A stretch of 64,000 nucleotides of DNA from an uncultured virus (IMG/VR IMGVR_UViG_3300009593_000016) (lineage: Duplodnaviria; Heunggongvirae; Uroviricota; Caudoviricetes): IMG/VR virus record IMGVR_UViG_3300009593_000016, positions 1 through 64,000 of that record. One strand, 5' to 3'. The position numbers and the translations under genes are program-made. The notes beneath the pieces were generated by a model. That model was not told the origin of the DNA and did no database searches. It saw nothing but the letters and a program-made list of their open reading frames with translations. Within the stretch, counting starts at the first letter, position 1. Every line of letters starts with the position of its first letter. Below are positions 27,295-39,200 of the stretch, in pieces.

Positions 27295-30200
27295 TTAGTT
27301 GTCATCAAAGATTTGATCAGGTGTGAAGTTATCAACGGTTGATGCACCGACGTTAACTGTGAGGACTGCGGCAGTAGATAGAACTGGAACTGCGCCAGGT
27401 GATGTAATACCAACACGATATTCATCTCCACCATCACCCTGTTGAGTAGATGTAATACTGATTGAATCAGTTGTTGCTCCATCAACGTTGAGCCAGCTAT
27501 CGGTACCGTATTCCTTCTTCTGCCACTGGTAGGAGAGGGTAGAACCGTTAGAGGAAGTAGCAATTATTACGAATGCAGCACTCTGACCTTGGTTAACTGT
27601 TACACTAACAGGTGGGGTACTAATGGTAATAAATTGCTCGTCAGGAGTTGAACCGCCCTCAGGATCTTGCCAGCCTGGATCGTAGATGTCTATACCACCG
27701 TTTAGAGCAGCACCTGTAGGTCCGAGGAAACTATCTTCAACAGTTGTTTCTACTTGAACAATTGGTTGTACATAACCTTGACCTGCGTTCTTAACATCAA
27801 TACGTGCGAGACCAACTAATGCTTTAATCTTAGCTCCGAATCCAGAGGAAGAAATAACATCAACGTTTGGACGTGTACTATAACCATCACCAGATCCAGT
27901 AAGAACTGCCTTGGTAACACGACCCTTCTCTATAGTTGCGAGAGCGTCTGCGTTACGTCCCTTAACTGCACCAGAGTATTCGAAGGTAATTAGTGAGTTA
28001 GAAGACTCAATTAGAGCAACAGTTCTGTTCTCTTCCTCACCCTCAATTATTAGATCGTCACCAGCTTCAATTGGAGGTACGACTGTAGCAGCGATAACGT
28101 CAACGTCAGAACCAATGTAGGAGAATGCAACGAATGTTGAACCTGCACGAGGTACTTCAGAGAAGATTATACGTGAACCAACGATCTCAAAACCGATACC
28201 TGGTTCCTGTATAACACCGTTCAACTGACAAATAATGTTGTTCTCAGGTCTAATCGTGTTGGACTGTACACCTTCAGTCAATGTTAGTGAGTAGAATACT
28301 CCACCTAACTTCAAGTTGAAGGAGTTACGTAATGAATCAAAGTCGAATCCAATATCATCTAACTGTCTTAACTTACCAACGTATACACCGTGGAAACTAG
28401 ATCCAGCAGCAGGTGCTTCAGTGAACTGAACGTTATCAGAGAATGCAGTGAAGGAGTAATCAGCGCCAGGTGGCTGCAAGATTCCGTTCACGAAGATCAT
28501 CATATGACCTGCGGGATCTGGGAAGTATGGGGTACCGTTATTCTCAGTTAACTTGAAGTTCATCTGAGTTCCATCAAATCCTCTGAAGTATCTTCTTACA
28601 CGACCACGTAAAGTTCTAGCAGCAGAACAAGCACCTTGGAATCCATTGTCACCAATGATTTGTGCGTTCTTCTGGAAGCTTCCCTCACTATCACCTAGGT
28701 GTAAGGTTGCCTTAGTACCTAACTGAGTAATCTTCTCGATTCTACCGTACGCTGTGGTAGAAGTAACCTGAGCAGCAGCAATAAGAGTCCAAACACTTGG
28801 GAAGTTAGAACCTTCAGGTAACTTACCTAAAGTGTACTGTGAGTTACTTGCGATATCAGAAACAGTAACACCCTCAGGAGCGTTGGTACTATTACATACG
28901 AAGAGGTAATTATTGTCCTCATTCTTCTCAGTTATAGTAACTGTCCAGTTAGGAGATAGAACAGCACCACCAGAGAAGACCTGACATACATCACCAACCT
29001 CAATACTATCTGTTACACCAGTATCAGTAATGAATGCAGAGTAAGTTAACCTTGTAATATCTCTTGCGTGTACATACTCACCGAAGTTTGGTAGAGAAGC
29101 GAACGCTTCAATCTCAATAATCTGATCAGTAACTGAACCGTAGATAACATCGTTAGGAGCAAACTCACCAGTAATTGTATCGATATCGAATGTAACACGA
29201 CCTCTTTGGTTATCAAGTAGTGCACCATTGTTATTTCTAACGATCAATGCATTTGCCTTAGAACCAGAATCAGCAGAGTATATCTTATCATTAGCGAAGA
29301 ACTCACCCTGACGGAAGTTAACTAGGATTCTACTATGTGTAGAAACTACAGTTGCGGTACCACCAGATGTTACACCTTCTAGTACGTCTGCTGCATTGAA
29401 TGAACCTACAGGGTTAACAACCTTGATGTAAGTAGCATTATCTGTAGCAAGAACAGATGCAGTATTACCTGTTGCACCTTGTACAACAACTGCTTCACCA
29501 TTAACCAACTTAGGAGATGCTGAGAAGGTGTTACACTCAATGTAAGTAACAACGTAGTAAATGTCTGCGTGATTATCTGCAATTCTTACAATCTCACCAG
29601 TTGCACCAGTGGTTGTACCGTAACATACGTCAGCGAGGTTAATACCACCGTTAATAGGAGTAGGAACATCACGTGAACCGTAAGTTGTTGGTATTCTATC
29701 AATTCCATCAACCCTTGTTAACGCAAGACTATGAGTCTCACCAGTTTGACCAGGATTAATATAAACTGCTTCACCATCAATATACTCGCATAAGAATACT
29801 CTATCTGCAGTAGTATGTGGGTGTACATAATAGTTTTCTCTATCAAGTTCTGCTATCATTGCACCCAATGCAATATACTTGACTTGATCGTAAGCTTCAA
29901 ACCTATGTCCAACAATATCAATACCACCGTTAGATACACTGTTACCAGGATCAAAAGTATGTGATACGTAAGTTGTTGGGTAAGTTGATCTGTTTAAAGC
30001 AACATCTATTAAGTGACACAACGAGTTGAGTTTATCTACAGCAGTCTTTGAAACACGAAGTTCTTTGTCAGTATATGCAGGGGTATTCTCAAAAGCACCA
30101 GGATCTATAGCATCTTGCTCTAGAACATTGATCATATATCTCTTGACAGCTTCAAAGTGGAAGATAACACGAGTTCTGAATAGTTCAGGGAATGCAATGA

Positions 30201-33200
30201 AGGTACCTTCAGAGTCAAACCAGCTACTTACTAATCCAAGTGTCTTAGCATTACCAGCAGTAATAAAGTCGTAAATGAATGCCTTAAGAATATCATCGGA
30301 GAATGTATTGACTCCAGCGTACCCAGGATAGGTACCTAAAGTCTCTGACATAGACTCATCTCTGATATAAACATTGTTATACATCAACAGACGTGCTGCC
30401 TGTTTACCCATTTCAGTACCACCACCAAGTGTATCAAGGATGATATTGAATAATGTGTGTGATGCAGAGGTAACGTTATAGCAGGTACCACCAATATAAT
30501 TTGTGTTGGTAGTAGTAGGAGCAGTTCTAGTTACAGTACTAAGATGACTTGAGTTACCTTGTGCTGCCTGATCCACAGTGTTGATAACTATATCCCACAG
30601 GGTATTAACTGCAGATTGCTCTGTCTGGCAGAATGAAGTACCATCATAGGTTATTGATATGTCTCTACGTACAGCACGATCACCAGTAGTAGGCCACTCA
30701 CCTGGGATGGTCTTCGTAATACCAGCCATATAAGAGTTAGGATTAGAAGCACCAGAACCAAATAGATTGATAGGAATACCCATCAATGTTGTAATACCAG
30801 AAGCTTCATTACTACATCTAGTACCACCAGCATTAGCATAAGTTGTAATAGAGTTGTTATTAGAACTAATGAATGTGTGTGAATAATTACCACCAGTAAT
30901 TACAGATGCCTTAGTTACACAATGTGCTTCAGCAGATATGAATGTATGTGCGTCTGTGTTTGTGGAAGGAGCAGATGCAAGAACCTGTACACTAATATTA
31001 TCCTGATCAACAACAGTGATAGGCATAAATGAGTTGCTAGCTGGGTCAGTAGAACGAGGATATGACTTGTTAACCTGTCCTCCTCCACCAAATCCACAAC
31101 TGAATACTAGTGAATTGTCAGCAATCTTAATATAATCACCAGCAACCATTCCGTGACCATTAATGGTCAATGTCATTACACCTGTTGTTGGGTTATATGC
31201 AGCATCTCTAGGTGTCTTAGTTACATTTGCTTCAAACTCGTGTGAGTAAGCACCACCAGAACGTACTGGGAATTTCTCAGCTCTTATAAACTTATGAGTA
31301 TAAGATCCACCAGCAATGATTGCATTAGCTGTTGCACTCTGCCAAGTATGTGGAGATACGTTAGAAGATGTACCAACGTTAATTTGTATAGTACCATCAG
31401 GTCTTGTAATACCACCAGAGGTAGCAGATACAAATGTATGAGGTGTCTTATCTAAGTTTGCACGACCAACAAATACATCAAACTGATGAGTAGACACATT
31501 AGAAAGTGGTAACCACTCATTATGTGAAGGATCTGTTGCTCTTGGATATGCGTGATCTGTAGCATAATCATCTTTACCACATCTGAATGTGATAGATCCG
31601 TCTGCCATCTTGATCTTATCATTTGCCTTCTCAATACCATCTGTTGTAGCAGATACGAATGTATGAGTTGTGGTATTAGAGATTGGACCTTGACCGAAGA
31701 AGTAACCTACATTGACATCAAATTCATCAGTACCATTCTGATTCATTACAGTCAACCACTTATTACTTGCAGGGTCGGTTGTACGTGGATAAGAATGATT
31801 ACCACCTGCCTGTGTGCAAGTAAAGGTTAATCCATTATCAGCAATCTTAATCTTGTCACCATTAACGAATCCGTGGTTATTGGTTGTCTTAATAGTAAGA
31901 ATACCAGTAGTAGGATTGTAAGAGGTACCTGTAGTTGCAGTCTTCGTAGTAGTAGCACTGAATCCGTGACTTGGGATGGTGAGAGTCATCACACCAGTCT
32001 CAGGTCTGTAGATAGCGTTAGTTAATGTGTGTGAACTAGTTCCAACATTAGTAATTCTTTGTCCTTTCTCGAAGGATGGGTCTCTCTTCTGCTTAACACA
32101 GTTAGTAGCAGCACCAACATAAGTGTGATTGTAAATACCACCACCCTTAATAGCTCCTCTACTAATACTATGAGCAACACCAGATTTGAATGTGTGTACT
32201 GTCTGGTTGGTAGAAGGAATAACATCTAGGACGTTAATATCAAATCCACTGGATGTTACGTTCTGAACCTTAATCCAGTTACCACTAACAGGGTCGTGTG
32301 CTCTAGGATATGTGTGATCAGTCTGATGACCATCCTGTGCACAAGTAAATGTAAGTGCATCGTTATCAATTCTAATATGATCTCCATTCTTAACCCAGTG
32401 GTTACCAACAGTCAGTGTCATAAATCCTGTTGTTGGATTGTACACTGCATTTGTTGGACTCATCTTCTCATATCCAGGTTGGAATGTATGAGTATAACCA
32501 GCACCACCAGCTACAACTGCACCAGATAAAGCACTCTGGAATACGTGAGTTGTTATGTTTGAAGAAGGTGCTTCCTTCAGTACATTAATAACAATCTGAT
32601 TATTAGTAGGAACATCAACAATAGGAATTGATGTATCGTACATTGAGTCACGCTTTTGCTTAATAGCGTTAGTTGCACCAGATATAAAGATGTGTGGAGT
32701 TGTATTAGACTGAGGTACAATCTTATTAACTACAACCTTAAAGGTGTCAGATGTTACATCAAATACCTGTATCCACTTACCTGCAAATGGGTCAGAAGGA
32801 CGTGGATAAGTATGGTTTGTTTGATGATTATCTTGAGCACAAGTAAATGTTAATGCATTGTTATCAAACTTAACCCAGTCTCCATTACCCATTGCGTGAG
32901 CAGCAGATGTCTTAATCTGTAGTACACCTGTCTGTGGGTTATGGTAAGTACCACCAGTGATTACTGCACCAGCATCAGCACTTGACCAAGTGTGAGTATA
33001 GTTACCACCAGTAATTACTGCACCAGCAGTTGCTGAAATAAAGTTGTGAGTTGTAAGGTCAGTAATAGGACCTTGACCACCGTTAACATTAATAGTAATT
33101 GTAGTATCAGTTGCTGCAATAATTGGTAGAGCAGTTCTGTATGCGTAGTCTTCACCATCTCCAGTAGCAGCACCAGAAGCACGTGGATAAGTCTTCTGAG

Positions 33201-36200
33201 TCTGATAGTTATTCAACTGATAGTCACAAGTGAATGTCAATGAATCATCAGCAAGTCTAATACTATCTCTGTTAGCAGTTAAGGTATGAGCACCAATAGT
33301 AAGTACTAAATTACCACCTTGAGGATCGTAAACTGCATTAGAAACGTTGTAACTTACAATAGGTGAAGTACCAACGAATACTGTTACTGTATTACCAGCC
33401 TTAGCAATAATTTCATACTCGTGACCGTAAGTTGGATCAGTAGAACGTGGATAAGACTTAATAGTACTATTACCATCCATCTCACAAGTAAACTTGATAG
33501 CCTCTTCATTAATTCTGATCCTATCTCCAATTGCTAATGAGTTAGATCCAAGGTCAAGTACCAAGTTACCAGTTGTGGCATCATAAGAACCATCAGTAGG
33601 AGTGAAGGAAGTACCAACAATTGCAGTATGTGTATCCTCTAAGTTTCTAGGATATGCGTGATCTGAACTCTGTCCATCCTCATCGCAACGGAATGTTAAT
33701 GCATTAGGAAGTAACTTAATACTATCAACTTCCTTCATAATACCGTTAGTGAGACCACTTACGAATGTATGGGCAGTAGTGTTAGTAGAAGGTATAGCAG
33801 GTAGAACTTGAACTTCAAAACTATTTGATAATACATTATGAACCTGCATCCACTCACCGTGTACCCTATCTGTAGGTCTTGGGTAAGCGTGGTTGGTTTG
33901 ATGACTGTCCTTAGCACAAGTAAATGTTACTGCATAATCATCCATTTTAATTCTGTCACCTGCAACCAAACCGTGTGTAACTGCAGTTTGAATCTTCATT
34001 ACACCTGTAGTTGGGTCGTAAGTAGTGCCAGAAGATGCTGTAATTCTTGTACCACCAACTAAACCGTGTACACCACCAAGAGTAAGAGTCATATCACCCG
34101 TTGTAGGATCATATGCTGCATTAGTTACATCGTGTGAAACTGTAGGAGTTGACCCAACGTTCACAGTGATCGTACTATCAGTCTTAGCAATGATAGGTAC
34201 TCTTGTGTTATGAACAGGATCAGTAGGACGTGGATATGAGTGTACACTATAGTGATCATCCATTGAGCAAGTAAATGCTAAGGAATGATCTCCAATCCAT
34301 ACACTATCACCAACTTCCCAATCGTGAGCACCAATGGTCATTTCTAAGTAACCATTAGAGGGATTAAACGTAGCCGCTGACGGATCGAAAATTCTAGTAG
34401 GTGTTTTACCAACGAAGATATCGAATCCATTTGTACTTACATTCTGAATCTGAATCCATCTGTCTGCGATAGGATCATCAGCACGAGGATAAGGATGGTT
34501 AGTAGCGTGACCGTCCATATCACAAGTAAATGTGATACATTCTTGGTTTAACTTAACCCAGTCACCTGTACCCATTCCGTGATTGGTAATGTTAAGACTT
34601 AATATACCTGTCTCACCATCATAAGAAGCACCAGTTGGTGTATGAGTTAATAAAGCAGCACGAGGATAAGCGTGATCCGTTTGGTAGTTATCCATACCAC
34701 AACGGAATACTAATGAATCAGGAGCAACTCTAATGTTGTCACCTTCATTTAACCAATGGTTACCAAGGGTTAACTGCATTACACCTGTGAGGGGAGTAAA
34801 GACTCCAGTGCTCGGAGTGTAATTTACTGTAGGAGTTGAACCAACGTTAACAGTTACAGTACCTGTCTGTCTCTTAAGTCCATTAGCTGCGAATGCCTGA
34901 TATGTATGTGTTCCTGTGTAAGAAGATATACCAACATCAACAGTGAATGTATTTGTATCAGCAGCTGCAACTTCTAACCATTCTCCAGAAGCAGGGTCAG
35001 TAGGACGAGGATATGTATGGTCACTACCGTAACTATCCTTAGCACATCTGAATGTTATAGCATTATCTTCGAATCTTACATAATCACCAGCAACAGTAAT
35101 ACCATTAGTGGTAGCACCATAGAATCTATGACTTGTAGTATTAGAAGATGTACCAACATTAACTTCAAACTTATCTTGAGAAGCGTTAGTAACAACTAAC
35201 CAGTTACCACTAGCAGGGTCTGATGCTCTTGGATATTGGTGATCGGTAGAGTACTGGTCTTGTGAACATCTGAATGTGATACCAGCATCTTGAATCTTAA
35301 TACTTTGACCGTTCTGAAGACCGTGATTCTTAATGAAGATCTCCATTACACCACTAGTAGTGGTGAATCTTGCACCCTCAGGTGTCATATGAGACTTAGT
35401 TTTAAAGTCGTGTCCATTTAAGGTACAAACTAAGTGACCATTTGAAGGATTATATGTTGCATCAGTTATACTATGCTGTGACTCAGATACATCTTTAATT
35501 ACTAATGCTTCACCTGCAGATGGATCAGTAGCTCTAGGATAAGTATGCTCACTATTGTGATCATCCATATCACAGGTATAGATCAATGAATCATTTGCAA
35601 TCTTGAGGGTGGTACCTTCCTTAAGATGGTGAGTACCAACAGTTAATGTTAAATCACCTGTAGCAGCATCATAAGTAGAATTTTGTACATTATAATGATT
35701 CTCTGGAGTAGTACCAACGTTGACAGTAACAGATCCGTTCTGTAGTTCTACACCGTGATCAACAGCACTAACAAATATATGGTCATAATTACCACCAGTA
35801 ATAACAGCACCTGGAGTTGCAGATACAAATGTATGCTGTGTCTCATTGGTAGATGGTATACGTCCTTCAGCAAGAACCTTAATACTAATAGTAGATAGTG
35901 TGGTACCGATTATTTCAAGAGGATAATCATATGCGATATCCTTCTTCCAAGTGATACCATTGGTAGATGATGAAACATATGTATGATCGTAGTTACCACC
36001 AGCCTTAATAGCACCAGAGGTAGCAGAAACAAATATATGTGGTGTGATATTAGAAGCAATACCAACGTTAAGAGTTATTGTATTATCTTTTCTTATAATT
36101 CCGTTAGCTGTTCCAGAAACGAATGTATGAGCAGTTACGTTTGTGGAAGGAATGTTGTCTAGAACCTGAACTTGGAATGTTGTGTTAGTTACATTAGATA

Positions 36201-39200
36201 CCTGTACCCACTCACCGTTAATTGGGTCAGAAAGACGAGGATAAGAATGATTACCACCACCTTGAGTACAAGTAAAGGTTACTGAATCAGTTCTGAACTT
36301 GACGTAATCACCATCAACCATACCGTGATAACCACTGGTTGTAATGGACATAATACCTGTATTAGGATCATATGTTGTACCAGATACAGCAGTTAATGGG
36401 GTACCTTCATAAACAACATCAACTGATTGATCGAATGATCTATCTTGCTTAGAACTTAATGAACCAGCAACAGCAGATACAAATGCGTGAGTATAGTCAC
36501 CACCAGTCTGTACAGCGTTAGCAGTAGCAGAAACGAATGTATGGGCAGTAGTATTAGTAGAAGGAATCGAGTTAAGAACCTGTACACTGATTGTCGTTGC
36601 AGTTACAGCAGTGATTGGACAAGCAGTATCATAGAATGGGTCAGTAGCACGAGGATATGTATGGTTAGTCTGATGATCGTCCTCTGCACAAGTGAATGTT
36701 AATCCGTTTGCAGCAAACTTAATGCTATCACCAATAATATGGTTATGAGCACCAATGGTCATCTCCATAATACCTGTAGTAGGATTATAGTTAATACCAG
36801 TTGGTTGATAGTTTACTATAGGTGAAGTACCTACATTTACATCAAATGTTGTAGAACCTACGTTAGAAATCTCAAGATACTTACCACTAACAGGGTCAGT
36901 AGATCTTGGATATGTCTTATTAGCTGTACCACCATCCATCGTACAAGTCATTGTGATGGCACCATCAGCAAACTTGACGTAATCTCCTGCTAATAAGCTG
37001 TGAGCAGCAGTAGTTGTAACAGATAAGACACCAGTTGTTGCTGTATAGGAAGCAGTCTGAATATCGTGTGTATTAATCTGATTTCTAGGATATGGGTGTA
37101 GAGTCTGATGACTATCCTGATTACAAGTAAATGTTAATCCACCTTCCTCAATCTTAACGTTATCACCCTCTGTCAAATGGTGTGGTCCAATTGTAAGCTT
37201 CAATTCACCTGTTGTAGGCTCATAAGCAGCATCAGTTGGAGTAAATGGTACTATAGGTGAAGTACCAACATTAACTTTAAACTGATCTGTACCCACCCAA
37301 GTAATTGGTAACCAAGCACCAGATGCAGGGTCAGATGATCTTGGATATGCGTGATCAGTTGCGTGACCATCCATAGCACAAGAGAAGGTCATTGAGTTAT
37401 CAGCGAACTTAACGTGATCGCCTTTAACGAATGTGTGACCAGGTACCCATACGGTCATTAGACCAGTAGCAGCATCATAGTCACCACCAGTAGCAGTATG
37501 TTGTGTTGTAGTAGTTCTAGGATAGGAGTGATTAGTTTGGTTATCGTCCTCTTCACAAGTAAATGTGACAGCGTTGGGTAGTAAACGAATCTTCGCTCCA
37601 GAATTTAAACTATGAGATCCTATAGTAAGAATCATAGTACCCGTAGTTGGGTTGTATGATGCATTACTTACTGCATAGTTAGAGATAGGAGTTGATCCTA
37701 CGTCAATAGTAAATGAATTATGAGTTACACCAGTAGCAGTTAACCAAGTACCAGATGCATCATCAGTTGATCTTGGATAAGAATGTAAGGTATAGTTACT
37801 ATCCATACCACAACTGAATACAAGAGAATTATCAATAAGTCTTACTTTGTCACCATTAGCGAATCCGTGATCAGGAACAGTAACAGTCAAACGACCATTA
37901 ACAGGATTATAATCAGCGTGAGTAGCTGTATGGGACGTAGCACCAATACTTACAATATCTAATGCTTGTTGTGAAGCAGGGTCAGTTGCTCTTGGATAAG
38001 AGTGAATAGTACGATAGTTATCTTGTGAACATCTGTATAGTAATGAATGATCTGAGATGTTTAGAGTTGTACCTGCTTTCAACTTATGGGATCCAACATC
38101 TAATGTTAGAAGACCTGTAGCAGGATCATAGGTAGAATTAGAAACACTGAATGGTACTGTTTCAGTAGGTCCAACGTTAACCTTGAAGTTATTAGCATCA
38201 ATTACCTGTGTAACTGGTAGTATTGCTGTAGATGCAGGGTCACTAGCACGAGGATATGCGTGAGTAGTTTGATGTTGGTCTTGACTACAAGTAAAGATTA
38301 ATGAATTGGTAGCAATTCTAATAGTATCATTAGTAGACAAGTTATGCTGAGGTACATTGATTATCAAATCACCTGTAGCAGGATCATAGGTAGCACCACT
38401 AGGAGTATACTGTACACTAGCAGTTTGTTGATCGATAGTAATTGTCTGATCGTAATCAGCATCACCTTCTGTATAACCGTTCTTAGTAATAAGTAACTGT
38501 CTAACTACCTCAATAGCAATGTCTCTTGCTTGCTCAAAGATGTACTTAACCTCTGCAGATTGACCAGATACGTGCTGTACAGCATTAGCATCGGTAACAT
38601 AAAGTTCAGTTGCATATAAAGTCTTATTATTACCACCGTGCTTAAGGTTGAATGCCATTGCTTCAAGCATATCAACAACGTCATCAACACAAGACTGATA
38701 ACCATATCCAGCAAATGCTAGTGAAGGATACTGTGAAACACCACGTCCAACAGCAGTGGTAGCAATGAATCTTAGGTTATTAAGGATTTCATTACCAGCA
38801 TCATAGAACTTGTTACCAGAAGCATTATCATAGTAATCAGGTCTGAATGTTTGCTGTCCTTGACCAGTTTGTCCCTCATCTTCGTAGGGTAGGAAACCAA
38901 ATTTGTTCTTGACGGCGAGTTGTGACATATCTCTTGCTACCTTGAAGGCATAGAGAGTCTCAGCAGATTGGTCAGTAACGTGCTTCAAACCAGCAGTAGT
39001 ATTAAGGTACAATGCAGAAGCATCCCACATTGAACTGTTACCACCGAAACGAAGGTCGTGAGCAATAGATTCTAGCAAATCTACTATGTCATCTTCACAA
39101 TTATGCTTACCACCTTTAACTCTAAAGTTATAATGCTGGAATGCACTAAGTTTTGTGGTTAGATCAACTGCTTCACCAGCAATTGCACGAGCATTTGTAA

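Noticed and set aside
27286..27297. Stop-codon readthrough joining the giant ORF to the 457-aa gene
   Set aside because: The 8-nt gap puts them out of frame, and the downstream gene has its own late-type promoter
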